Part shown: positions 1 to 12,851 of the stretch, one piece after another
Layout of the letters: each line of letters begins with the position of its first letter
How positions within the stretch are numbered: position 1 is the stretch's first letter
From: Bugula neritina
Lineage: Eukaryota; Animalia; Bryozoa
Length of the DNA stretch: 64,000 nt
Assembly: GCA_964035545.1 (NCBI GenBank)
Contig: OZ037768.1
Span: 3,938,741-4,002,740 of the forward strand
Direction: 5' to 3'
The notes under the pieces: model-generated
Told to the model about the DNA's origin: nothing
The model's database searches: none
Seen by the model: the letters and a program-made list of their open reading frames with translations, nothing else
Program-made: the position numbers and the translations under genes

Positions 1-107
1 TGAGTTCTCAAACAGGGTATTTATCGATTCCAGTTTGAATGGCTTTGAAAAAAAACCACTTAGATAAGAGTAAAAATTTACAGCAGATTCTAACTTAGAC
101 CACATAC

Positions 108-1700
108 TTTTCTAAAGCCATGAGTTCTGTTGGTACCAGAACCATGAATGAGTATAGGGTGGAAGAAGACGGTGTCTCCCTTCTCCATCTCTAGATGCAC
201 CATTGGCTGAGTAGAATCAAAGTCTTTAACTCCGTAATACATCTTATTAACTCCGTTCTAAAAGCCAGCAAAGATTTATACATCATGTATACAGATGTTA
301 TACATACAATATCAATAAATATATTGGAAACCAAATAAAATGGTGAAAATTTTAAACATTAAATCACGCTGACCTCCCACTCAGGGTAGTCGTGCTGTTT
401 CAAAGTGCCGTGATGAGTGCCAGGTAGAACGACTAGACAGCCATTGGATCTGGTCACCTTCTCCATGGCTGTCCAGGCACACACTATCCTATCTGCTGGT
501 CTGAATGGGAAGTAGTTTAAGTCCTGGTGGAGGGGATGGCGGGAGGTCTTGGTGCCAGGATCTGGTGGTTTATTTATCAACATGGTGTGGACAGCCATGA
601 TGTCAGCACCACAGAAACACTCCACATACTTCAGGATCTATTCAACATTCAAACAATTAAATAAGTTCAACATATACACTGAAAGTTATCCTTGACTTGC
701 AGTAAATATACCACAACAAATATTGGAACATCTATGTTTTCGATTTACATGCCAGCAAAATCAGAGGGCAAAGTTATTCTGTGGTTTGTAAAACGTCCTG
801 TGCTTTTTTCTATACTCTATATATTATATAATATTACAAACCTCAGGGTTTTTACAATAATCAAACAGAGGGTCGTAATATTGAAAGTCCTGTATCTTAG
901 TAACTGCCTTCTCTCCCGGTACAAACTCTGACTTAGCAATGGCTACGTCTCGCATGACAACGAGGTGTGGCACTTTCACATCGCCACTACATATCCTCTG
1001 GAAATGATCTCTGAAATATTAAGGCTATGAAATACAGTACACATTTCTCTTGCATTCTAGTTACTGAACGAAACAATTACCTGCACAAGAAGTTAGTTAA
1101 GGTCTAGTATTGGCTGCATATGCTAACTCAAGGCATACCGAGTAATTAAAGAGCACTTGAAAGGTGTTCAAGTCATGTTAAGCATACAAAGAGTAGTTTT
1201 CTGGAATACATTCCATTTGGCTGATGTAGTTCAAATGTGAGAAGTTGACTGAGACACTGAAATACACTAGCTACACTGTGATTGGTCAATGGTTAGTTTA
1301 GATGAAGCATATAGTAAATAAACATCATGTGACTGGATAAACAAATGAGGCTTTACCTGTATCGATCAATACTTTCGTCATCAACTAATCCTTTAACTAC
1401 AATGTATCCATTTCTTTCATAAAACTCTCTTTGGCTGTGAGTGAATAGCGAATTATTCAAAGTAAACTTGAAATCATTTAGTTTACCAGCGCATGGCTGC
1501 GTCTAAAACAAAATATCATTATCAGGTATAAATACCAACTGGACAAAGTTCATGGAATCATATCAGTTAACAGTTCAATATGAATCTATTTATAGATAAT
1601 ACATAGATTTAGCTGACACTCAACTGCTGCTGACCTCAATATTCTGACAGTTCAGTTGTTTTGAGACTACTTGTAGCCTGCAGGAGGCTGAATTAGCCAT
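108..1700 (-). CDS. PHYH: Phytanoyl-CoA dioxygenase (peroxisomal), 5' five coding exons; gene continues beyond the left edge of the window
   Basis: Exons approx. 1635-1700, 1357-1502, 842-1010, 374-638 and 108-257 join in phase at GT-AG boundaries. Translation: [16 protein letters not shown]...[14 protein letters not shown]...[43 protein letters not shown]...[24 protein letters not shown]. It has the Fe/2-oxoglutarate ligands (HQD, HGSG) and an N-terminal PTS2 (RLQVVSKQL). Confidence 0.95.
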
Positions 1701-3357
1701 GAAGACCCACTAGATCTACAAGCGTGAAAAGAGCAGATAGAGGTTCAAGGTATAACTATTAACATAACTTTATTTGTACTTTTTATAACAATATCACAAA
1801 TAAAACAAGTACAGACCAAACTCTACGCTTACAGTTTGCATAAATATAGAAGATATGTGTACTTACATTGTATGTTCTTACGACGTGATCAACTCACACA
1901 TACTAAATGGCCTTAGCATTTGAACAAGCATTCTTATCTTCACTGGTTTACAGTTTTATCTTATCCACATACCCAGCACATGATTGGCCAAAAGGCTTTT
2001 ATAGAGCTTTTAAAAACTACTCACATAAAGTGACTGGAAGTAAAATAGGGAACTTCTAGAACTTTCTTGGTGCTTTCTTTTTGTATGATTTATTATACTT
2101 TTAAATCAAGTATCAACAACTTTAGATTTTGCTGGACTAAGGCAAAAATATACTACTAACAGTCATAACTCATAAGCAAGGACATTTTGGGAATTCAACT
2201 TGCAAGATATGATCACAATACATGCAACCAAATCCTTGTGCAATTGACAAAACTAATTTTTCATTTGATTTTATTCCAACAAAATACAAGGAAGGTTTAA
2301 AAATATAGTGATAAATAGGTCCTTTACAGAAACAGTAAGTTAAATCACCCATTGCATCACCATTTCATTTTTGTGCTCCATAACTACAGAGCTTCGCTAA
2401 TTTATGTAATTGTTTCAGTTGGACTTTGCAGACTTTGTGTAAATAGTCTTGAAAATGCAAACATTTTCCTATTTTTAGTATGATCAACATATCAGCAACT
2501 GGAAAAAAAATGCAATCAAGCCTATTATGTCTCCTTCACATTGTTCCAGTTGCCAGCACAAGCTGGACCAACTCAGCAACAAAAACTGATGTCCTAATAT
2601 GTTGACTACTGAGATTTAAACTGAAATCTTCATCATATGTTCAAACAAGAAAATAATGAACAGTCAGAAATATTTTTGCAAGTTGATTTAGGATAGATAA
2701 CAGAAATCTGTTCACCATAAAAAGCACATCACTTACACTAAGATCTAGTGGTCTAATGTATCGATTACTTTCAAATTTAAAGCACATTTCAAAGTATTAT
2801 CATAAACAGCAACCATTATTATCACCATAATAAAACATCAATACAAATATCTATGCAACAACCATTTTGTCTATAATTATAATATTGACACTTCATTTGC
2901 ACTGCAAGTGCAATTATATTTATTACAAGTCAAATATTTTAACTTGAACTAGGACTGCGACTACAAATATTGTAATTGGGTGTCGTTACAATCACAACGA
3001 CCACTATGACTATGAGTAATTGTTCACCTTTCACCGCCATGTCCTGACCGAGTGTGTAACACTATGAAAAATACTTATATTATAACTACAACTTGAACTA
3101 TGTCTATAGCTATCATATTCATAATAATTACTCAAGTTTGACAATAGCATTAAGTTTAACTGATAACAGTTTCACTTTGACTTTCAGTAAAACTAAATCA
3201 AAATGTAATTACAATAATTACACATATTTTACATACTTTAATAGGCTTAAGTTATTGTTACTGTAAGTTTTTATATTATCAGAATTTTGTTATTTATTAC
3301 ACTTTACCTCCAAACTATAAAAGTTAATATCATTATTTCACTTGTATAACTTTTACT

Positions 3358-3584
3358 ACCAAGGTGAATAATCTGCAGGGAAGTTGCTTGAAGCAGCACC
3401 GAGTTGGAGCTTACTGAGTGCAACGGTTCTGGGATCACGAGTTTGGAGGGGAGTTTTCGGAACTCGGACAACGATGTGCGCGCAAATACTGTACTCAGTT
3501 ACCCCATACTTGGTGCTGCTCCTAGTAATATTCATTGTGCATTCAGTTAAACCCTGACCTTTGCAGAGCAGAAATATACCAGGT
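3358..3584 (+). ncRNA. Candidate structured non-coding RNA (long nested stems), family unknown
   Basis: GC-richer island. 3392-3422 pairs with 3490-3520 (~28 bp, with G-U pairs), TCTGCAGGG 3372-3380 pairs with CTTTGCAGA 3559-3567, and there is an inner CGAGTTT/GAACTCG stem. TATAAAAG lies at 3316-3323 and a T5 run near 3593. Confidence 0.4.
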
Positions 3585-5148
3585 GTGTACCATTTTTATG
3601 TACTATAGAGTTATCTTCCTTATCTTTAATTGAGGAGATAACTCTATAAAATTACTAGGTTAATTTATTTGATCGTCAACAGCTGACAACTCCCGCTTGC
3701 AACAGGAATGCGAGTAGCTTGAGTTAGTGTAAAAAGCATCAACTGTTGAAATCAGCAGCAACAAATTTAGAATCAAGTGGAAACATACAGTGGTTTTGAT
3801 TCAAGCGGTTTGCTCTAGCTGTTTTAAAATTTGTGTATCTAATAAAAACATAGTAGATAATATTAAGGTACTACTTACATTTACAAGACCCATGTAACAA
3901 ATTTGAGCTTGCACAGAATGTAGCCAATCACAGCAGGCCACAGCTAGATGTCGATGTTAAGTGCATAAAGCGTACCAGATATTGTGTTTTTCAAGGAACC
4001 GACCAAGTATATGAACAGACATTGTCATTTATCAATTGTCAAATATAAATTTGCAACAAAATGGTTTCCATTGACTTTTAAAATCATGATACGTTCATAT
4101 TTACTGTTTTCTGGCTGTAAAAGTCAATTACATCATAATGCATATATTAGACTTTCCTAGAAGTAACATATTCAAAACAATATAACAACCAGTTTAGTTA
4201 GATATATTGCAAGTATATAGTATGGATCAAGGACTATAATGGCTGCAATTATAGAAAAATAATGAGTGTTTCTATTGAAAATAGATCTTTAAGGAAAAGC
4301 AACTCATTTCCTTCAATTACTTGTTTAAATTATATTCCATAATAAATTCAATATTATGTCAAAAATAACTTTATTTGCCTAATTTTATTCGTTTCATTAA
4401 GTTATCAGTAAAATTACAGCTTTACTAATCATACAAACAAAATTAGTGGTTTCCATTTAAACTAAGTAATCAGATATAGAAATTATACCATGCGTATATT
4501 TTTACATGTCCGATGCACTGATGGCGCTATTCTAGTTTTATTGAGTAAATTTAGTGCATTATAACTTGGATATTTTGTTCAAGTAAGTGTATGTTTGTAT
4601 AAGTTGCAGGAAATGAATTGTCAACCCAACAATATTTTGTATGTGGTTTCAATCGATGCCACTGTTCCCCAACACCAATGAAAAATCCATTCTGAAGCAA
4701 TGGAAATGCATTGATAAATATCTAAAGCTTACAGTTGACACGTCTGATTACATTACACACAGTATTATATTACAGTATGTTAAAAAACATGTTATGTGTT
4801 TTTATTAGTTTGGTAAACGATACAGATACTGTAGTGAGTGTTATATATGAATTCTGTCTATTGACTAACACTCATGTACCTCATTTTACTATAACTTATT
4901 GCCTAACTTGAGCATGAAATCAACTTGGAGACAATTTTACCGAAACCCAAGTATTGTGAATTTTATCATAACTTTAAAAGTAAAGTGAGTACCAGAATGA
5001 ATATATTCAGAAAGGAAGTAATGCTACACAAAAAGGTTGTGATTGTTAGTTATCCCATTTTTGAACAGTCTGTTTATGAATATGCACAGTTTGTGTAGTT
5101 TTTAATTTTATTTCAAATAAATAAAATATATACAATATAAAGAAATAT

Positions 5149-6399
5149 TTAGGTAATATGGTCACTTTGTAAAGATTTTGCAGATAATACTTGGGCAGGA
5201 ACACTGTCATGGGAAGTTGTCTGTAGCGTAGAGATAGAGTGAGGAGTGATTGCTAACGACCTGGGAAGGGAGGGTTTGCTAATATCAGCGTCAATAGCGC
5301 AGGGTATAGAAGTATGTAGAGGAGTAGAGTTAGAGGCTGTTGTAGAAATATCTTCCGTAAAACTTGTTTCTATGTTATTATCTATTGCATAGATACTGGA
5401 TTCAATAGTTGAGTTGACAGTGAGCTGCTCCCGTTTGGTGGAAATAATCGCAGACGACAATCTCAGCCATTTCAATGGTTGTGTACCGGCCACTGCCAGA
5501 GCTATGGCCATCAATTGCTCTGCTGCCATCAGTATCAAGTTGAAATAATAAAAGTTCCATTTCTCCCGATGCCTATTGCACATTTTAGTCAACATGGAGG
5601 GGTTTCTAACAAATCCTAGTTCAATTACTACTAAATATATGTTCAAACAAGACAGGAAGAGAAAGAAAATGGCCGCAACGCAGCTGAGTTTGACACAAAC
5701 CGGAATGGCTTTTAGATTTCTTTTGTTAAAATCTCGTCGACAGTGACCTTTCCTATAGCAGGTTTTCTCCATTTTCTTTCGGGACTTTTGAACGGCTCTT
5801 CGGTATGTTATCACAAGAGCAATATATAATGAAAAGAAGACGAGCCCCCAAATAATATAAAAGAATTGACAAACAACTATCATGAGGTGCATAGAATGGC
5901 TAGTGGCTACGATAATGTCAGTTAAATAAGAAATGGTGAAGCAAATAACAACGAAAGCAACTATAACTTTAGTTTTTAATATCACAGGTAAAAGAAGCCT
6001 ATTTGGTACAGTGCATTGCCTGATTGCCACGTATAACATGTAAAACCCTACAGTCAAAGCTGGAAAACTGCTGTTATTCAGCAGGTTGCCTGCAAGCTGA
6101 GGCATAATCTTGTTAATACTCTTTGGGTCTATTGCATAGTACAGCAGTTTGGTAATAGAGAATATAAAGACCATTAGGTTGACTGTTATCATATACTTTC
6201 TGCTAACTAGAGATCTGCCTTTGATGAATATAAATATTAGATTCACTAGAGTCCAGGTGATCAGGAGGCCGTTGAGGGTGATTACGGTATACTTAAATCC
6301 GGTCCAATGGGCCCCCCACTCAGCAATTGCATGTTTCCACCCATTTTTTGGACTGAATGCTTTCATCATAGGTGGGGAGTCTGTTATGTTGCGATCCAT
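5149..6399 (-). CDS. Multi-pass (about 7 TM) membrane protein, PRRT3/PRRT4-like; single coding exon
   Basis: 455-codon open frame. An acceptor TTTTCTGTTTAG at ~6419-6430 precedes the ATG at 6399 (MDRNITDS..., N-glycosylation sequon). About seven hydrophobic segments, motifs W..HW.GF, AIDP and LLNNSSFPALT, a basic intracellular loop and a Ser/Thr/Pro-rich tail. Family assignment is from remembered similarity only. Possible 5'UTR exons at ~8040-8140 and upstream of 8597. Confidence 0.65.
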   Translation of the reverse strand: MDRNITDSPPMMKAFSPKNGWKHAIAEWGAHWTGFKYTVITLNGLLITWTLVNLIFIFIKGRSLVSRKYMITVNLMVFIFSITKLLYYAIDPKSINKIMPQLAGNLLNNSSFPALTVGFYMLYVAIRQCTVPNRLLLPVILKTKVIVAFVVICFTISYLTDIIVATSHSMHLMIVVCQFFYIIWGLVFFSLYIALVITYRRAVQKSRKKMEKTCYRKGHCRRDFNKRNLKAIPVCVKLSCVAAIFFLFLSCLNIYLVVIELGFVRNPSMLTKMCNRHREKWNFYYFNLILMAAEQLMAIALAVAGTQPLKWLRLSSAIISTKREQLTVNSTIESSIYAIDNNIETSFTEDISTTASNSTPLHTSIPCAIDADISKPSLPRSLAITPHSISTLQTTSHDSVPAQVLSAKSLQSDHIT

Positions 6400-7769
6400 G
6401 GATAGCAGTGTTATAGCTCTAAACAGAAAATATTGAATCATATAACAATTGCACATATCAAATGTAAGTACAGGTAACGAGATACAATAAAGAATGGATT
6501 GTTTGTTTCTATACAATACAGAAGTTCTAGCTAGTAGTAGCCTTTCTTACTCAATAAATGAATCACTAACAAATTAATAAAGCAAACTATTGATTTGGCC
6601 TTTCATGGGTTATACAAAGGTAAATAAATGCTAATATATTGGCTCTATTGATAAAAGTTATACAGCTTCACAGCAATGAAACAAAAATTGAATTTGAACT
6701 TTGTTTGACCCCCAACACTTGATGCTGATTTGGGCAGAGCTTGAATATGTTATTCTATTCATTACTGGTGGTGTAGCATTCGAATAAACAGTTCCCAATG
6801 TCTAAAGGACTTGGAGAAAGACTAGTAATACATTCCTATATTGAAAATGAAATCTATCACCTTTTTAAGATGAACTTTCATGACAATACAAGAAATAAAC
6901 TAATAGCTTGTTTATTGGCCAGGCTATTTGTAAATTGTTATAGATAATAACATAAGAAGCAGTGTTATTGTGTGGACAAATAGCTTTGGGAAAGCAGGCT
7001 GAATAATCATGACTTCCGGTTTTTTATCAGTTCAACTATATGGTGGCAATCGGGATGAGGAAAAGTTTCCTTCGTAATAGGAGACTGCGATGATAATAAT
7101 AGTTGGACACGTGACAGTAATCAACGTGACCATAGATAGAAGGCTGGGATCATTAACAGTGAATAACTGATGGTTGAAATAATAGACAAAAAGCATTTGA
7201 AGTGGCATTCAGGTAGCCTTGGTATAAGCTATACAGATACGATAGTGGAACATCTGGGGGCCTAGGTGTCAATGCCTACCACAAATAACAGCAAATTCAT
7301 AAAATATAATAAATCATTTTGAGATGCTTAGAATACTATTTGTGATCAGGGATGCTATCTTTAATTAGTTATAAATTATAATCATTGGTAGGAGTTCATG
7401 AACTGAAATAATCCTAATTTAATGAGCAAGACAGAATAATTATCCTAGCCACACCCATATTAGTCTTTACTGTCACTGCATGATTTTAGAAATGCTCACT
7501 ATTTCACACTCAAATTGTTGTATGCAAAACTAGCATGCCATTCAATGCCCCCAAACCAGGAAACCCAAAACCAATATAAGGAGCAAGGCGACACTATATA
7601 TTTTGCCATGCATGCAGAGTTTCACTTAACTTATTGGAAGTTTTTTCTAAAACACTAAACTATTAAATGCAGGCACAAGATGTGAGAATACATAGTCCTT
7701 CAGCTATCTATATAGTATAATCCATCTGTATAATATGTAATATAATCCATATATCTACATAATATACTT

Positions 7770-8015
7770 CATCTACCTATATATTATACTCCATCTATCT
7801 ATATGTTATACTCCATCTATCTATATATTATACTCCATCTATCTATATGTTATACTCCATCTATCTATATGTTATACTCCATCTATCTATATATTATACT
7901 CCATCTATCTATATATTATACTCCATCTATCTATATGTTATACTCCATCTATCTATATGTTATACTCCATCTATCTATATATTATACTCCATCTATCTAT
8001 ATGTTATACTCCATT
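7770..8015. repeat. Minisatellite, 22-bp unit TATACTCCATCTATCTATAT(G/A)T, about 11 copies
   Basis: Direct tandem repeats; accounts for the spurious ORFs 7803-8144 and 7847-8167. Confidence 0.95.
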
Positions 8016-11000
8016 CATATACGTATTGTACTCCTCTACCTGGAGTTTGCAGTCTACCAACACTCTTGTTGCAGATTGTGGTGGTACGAGAGGGGGCAAA
8101 GAAGATTACCCACAAAGGTGACTTCCTTTATTTACAGTTCCTGAGAAAGCATTGGCTTTCTCAGTGATATCCGGAAATGTTTTGTTAAATAAGTAAGTTG
8201 TATGCAGCAAGTTGTAAACAATAAACCAATTCCAGAAACAAATTTCGTCATCGAGCACGTAGAATTCTACTGAGACATATACAAGTAAGCAACAAAGATA
8301 GTTTGGTGAAACTACCTTGTAAGGAAATGGCTCGATGCAGCGCAAAGTTCGAGGTCACTGAGCGCAGTTTCTGGGAAATCCTAAGTTCGAAGTTTAAAGA
8401 TTAATGTGTACATAAATACTGCACCTAGTGACCCTAAACTTTGTACTGTGTCTAGCGATCTCTATCTTGTGAGAATAACTAGCGTAGTAGCAGTCAATAA
8501 CTGGTGCACCACAATGGTGTTAGTATTGGCTGATTACAATCATTCTGATGAATGTATGAACTAGAGTAGTTACACGTGTAACTCACAGTAGCTTACCTTC
8601 AGTCAGGAGTACTAGTATTAGAATTTACTGAACACTGCTTCTTTAGTCTCCTTCCATATAGATGCAATTACAGCGAACACAGATACGTGTCTGTCAACCA
8701 TTATGATTGAACCATCATCTAGTAGGCAAGTTACAAGATATTTAGAGCAGAGAAAAGCTAATGGATGCTTTCTTTTGCAGAGTAGATGAGCTGACGAAGA
8801 TCCTACGTTGTAAGCAGTTAATAGCGTTGTATAGGTATCTGTATAGGCACTGTAAACTAACAGTAACACTACCAATTCAACACCTTGTCTTTCCTTCGGT
8901 TGACTATAGTAGATGTGTATAAGTGATTGTCATCTATGTTGTACAACTCTCAATCAGTCAATGTAATTCAACACAGTCTTCTTCAACTACAGGTACATGT
9001 ATTACACCTATCTGAACCAGCAATTTATAACTTTAATCTACGAGATAGCGCATGCAACCGTCAACTTTTGCCTCCCAACGATAAATAACCTCTTATACGG
9101 GATTGATCGATGTATTATAAGGACGGCTACGGTGTTCTATAGCTGCTATGACTAAGCACATTTATGCAGCGCATTCAGTTTTGTTATCACGCAATATAGG
9201 CTGCTCACTGGGGCATGAGATGCGATGCAGCAATTCATACAGTATGTGAGTATAAACTCAAGCTGTGGAATTCTTGGAATTATTACATTTACATGGTTTA
9301 TGGGTTACGCATTAGCTAGACTTTACAAAATAAAGGAATACCACATAACCACAGCAGCAAAATGGTTTTAACCGATTTTCCCAAAATAGAAACTCCGCCT
9401 TTAAATAATCTTGCTTCCGTCTAAACTCTGACCCGGCCAACATGGAAGCTAATTCAAAGGTATAAATAATAATTTCCAGCTCATATTTTGCAGTATATAG
9501 GCTACCGTAAATAACTATTAGGTAGCATTTACTTGCTCTGGTATAGGTATGTCTAGTAACCCATCTTACGTTTTTATTTGCTCCAAAATCGTAGAAAAAA
9601 GTTCGTGCACATATTTTATAAAAAATATACTGGCCATGGTGAATAAATGAGGTGTCAAATAGTGCTTAGCTATTTGACATAGGAAATGCATGTTTTTTGC
9701 ACATCTATCTATCAATTTGTCAAATTGTTTTTTTCAGGGTTATTGATTTCATAATTCTAGCAAACTGCAGCAGTCTAACACCACTAAAGCAATGAAACTA
9801 TAAATAGCTTAGTTTCTCTGACAGAAATCTTTTCTAGCAGTTCTCCTTGACGACTTCTATACCAGTAGTAGCTGGGTGGTTGATTAGTGGTAAGTAGAGA
9901 GGACTATATACACTGTAATGTAAAATTAAAAGTTAGCCCCAAGTCTTCCAATGTTTGAATGTTGGATATAGGGGGGTGGCATTTTCTACACGGATTTTTA
10001 TTGAGTGCACCTTAGTATAACTTAAAAAGCTTCTATCCAACCTAGCTGGCAGCTTACTAAAGAATTGTGCCTCCACTACCCTAACTCTTTACAATATAAA
10101 TACCACCGTAGCATATTATAGTATTTGTAGTGTTACAAGCTATAGCTTCAAACTGGTGTCTTTTTTAAATAAAGTTTTATTGAATTTCTAACTATAGTGA
10201 AAAGTAAACCTAAAACACTAAACTCTAGACAGTTTTTGATAGAAAACCTTTACATTACAAACTACAGAATAACAAAAAATACCAACACAATATATAGTTA
10301 ACTAATATAGAAATAATGAAAATTATATGTAAGGACATAACATTTTACTACACTAATCTAATACAGCAAGTGCTGCCGAGTTCTGATACTTCTTCCAATA
10401 AACTCCGCATGTTGGTTAATCCAATTTTTTTTACTAATTCAGTAGGTTTGTTCAATTATAGGGAATCACACATTACTGAAAGTATTTTATTGCAAGAACT
10501 AACTTTGAAAGTGGGAGTTGCTATTATATTATTTTATATTTTATTATATTTTGTTATATTATATTATATGATAAGTTGGATGCCCATTGTGCAGCTATAA
10601 TAAAAACAGTGAATTACTTTGTTTTCCTAGTGAGTCACGAATGTATTGTAAATATAGGTCATGATTACGGAGCTATTAATAGCACAGTATTTGTTATTGA
10701 TTACAGCCAAAAGACATGTAGACATTTTTCAACTTCAGGAATTATTTCGGACAAATAAGTAACAGATACCAAAACAAAAGACATAATTTTATCTAAAGAT
10801 TATTTAACATGCCATAGCTTATGTATTATTCAAGTTCAAAGTAACATATCACTTTCAAGCATTTGGTGTCCACAGCACAGCACTTACATGTAACTCGTCC
10901 AATATGATCTACTTTAAAACTTTCGTTTCTTAATTTTCTGAGCGCTTAATAGCCTGCCATATTGAATATATTCCTTATTATCAGTATTTCTCTTTATTTA

Positions 11001-12851
11001 TGAAAATACAATTGGTTGGATGAAATGGATGTAACAACTAATAAAAGAGAAACATTATTTGATGGGGGAGGTAATTTTAATGCACATGTTGAATAATATA
11101 TCAACATATGAATTTCCAATAAAATTTCAAAGGTAATTAAGCTAATATACAAATAAAAAAAATACAGCCGCACTATTATATTACATAATAATTAGAATAA
11201 TGTATGCTTATTAACTACTATTGATTATTAATTTTGAATAATCATATTATAAACTTTACTATCATAAGGCTTTACTGTAATTATCATGTACTGAGAATAA
11301 TTTTTGCATAGTCAATATGTAGTAAGGCCAATTTTTCCATTTATACTTGAGTTGTTGGCCGGAACATAATATAGTCAACTGTAGCTATGATGGATAGGTC
11401 AACAAAGAAACATGATTTAAGTTGAAGTTGGTTGAAAGGCTCTAAGGCTAATAGAATAGCCTAAGGCTCTATCCTCTAAAGTCTGAAGGTTTTTACTGTA
11501 GTACAAGAGGAATAAATGTATTGATTATGGGCGCCTTTTCTGCCACCGCTACTGCTTACCTCATGCATGAATTTGGTTGTTTTAAATTGATGTGAGAGTA
11601 TTTTGTTTATACCCGCTCTTTGCTGACAATACACATCTCTAAACATATTATTGTATATGAGCCATTATGATTTGTGCAAAATATAATGCAATAATAGAAA
11701 TGTTATACGGATATAAAATTTCTAGTATTGTCAAATAAAACCATTAATTATTGTTGTAGTATTCTTATGTGTGTTGCATAATAACATTGAGCTATTTTTA
11801 AAATCAAGATCACTCGAGTGTGACAAACCTGTAAATATCAGTATTACCATCTCTATCAACCAGTATGTCTTGGAGATGATTGCATGTTGATATTCACAAT
11901 ATCACCATAATATTGACCCATGCCAGGTATAAATGAATAGTGCTCATAACAATTTACAGCCAATGCTGCGCTAACCATACCATGTTGTGCAATCATAAAC
12001 AAATGAAATAGGATGTTTTGACTGTATTTGTTTCCATCATAATGACATATAAATTTGATATTAAGCTAGCAGAAAATGTCAACTATACATAAATAAGTAA
12101 TACATAAGTTTACAGGCCCAAAAGCATATTTTGATGAATCAAATTTCCATACACAAGGAAATAGTAAGCTAGTTGAAGGAACCGCAACTCAGAATGATCA
12201 TAATAAATATTTACAAACTATAAAATATCAACAATAATCCATTTAATAATAAGTTTAACAAATTTTATTTATTTAAATTGTTTATTGTTTAACAAAATAT
12301 ATTTAATAATAAAGCAATATATAAAATAACAGTGGTATAACAGATAAGGTGTTGATAATTAGACAAATTCTGTTGAGTCATAAGAAGCCCTATTAGGAAT
12401 GTATAAGCAGGTATAAACTAGCTCCAGATTGGTATATATGTAACTAATGAGCTAAAAGAATTGCACCAATTACACAGGAAATATAAATGCAGTATCACCC
12501 TGGCACAGCACGTATAAGTCATTGGAAGACAACCTGTACAGACAGAATTTATGATCTAAGCAAAAACAATTTTCCCGTTTGTTCAGTTTCTAACAGCGAT
12601 GGTACAAAACTACAACTTAACATAAAAATTACAGTTGGGTTAGCTGCTCTCAATTTCCTGTTTTTAAGTCACAGTGAGAAAATTTATTCCAATATTCACT
12701 CAGATGTTATTTCCAGGTAATGAGTCAGAGCAGCTAAAGATAAGGTCAGGTTTTTTCAATTGAACACAGAAGGGAGAAGAAACCACACCCAAGCTCCTCT
12801 TACATAGAGTGTTATGTTACAGAAATATTGCAGTCGAATAATTATACATAA

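Noticed and set aside
6149-6436. Antisense ORFs over coding exons (also 20983-21324, 22982-23182, 37768-37992, 60334-60567 and others)
   Set aside because: Shadows of real exons on the opposite strand, with no independent coding signal.
7803-8167. Repetitive Tyr/Ile-rich ORFs (also 17487-17672, 38433-38933, 41621-41940, 55473-55715)
   Set aside because: Translations of mini- or microsatellites.
10076-10086. Telomerase RNA template-like ACCCTAAC (also TAACCCTAA on the - strand at ~44877)
   Set aside because: Short matches expected by chance; no downstream pseudoknot, CR4/5 or H/ACA arrangement recognised.
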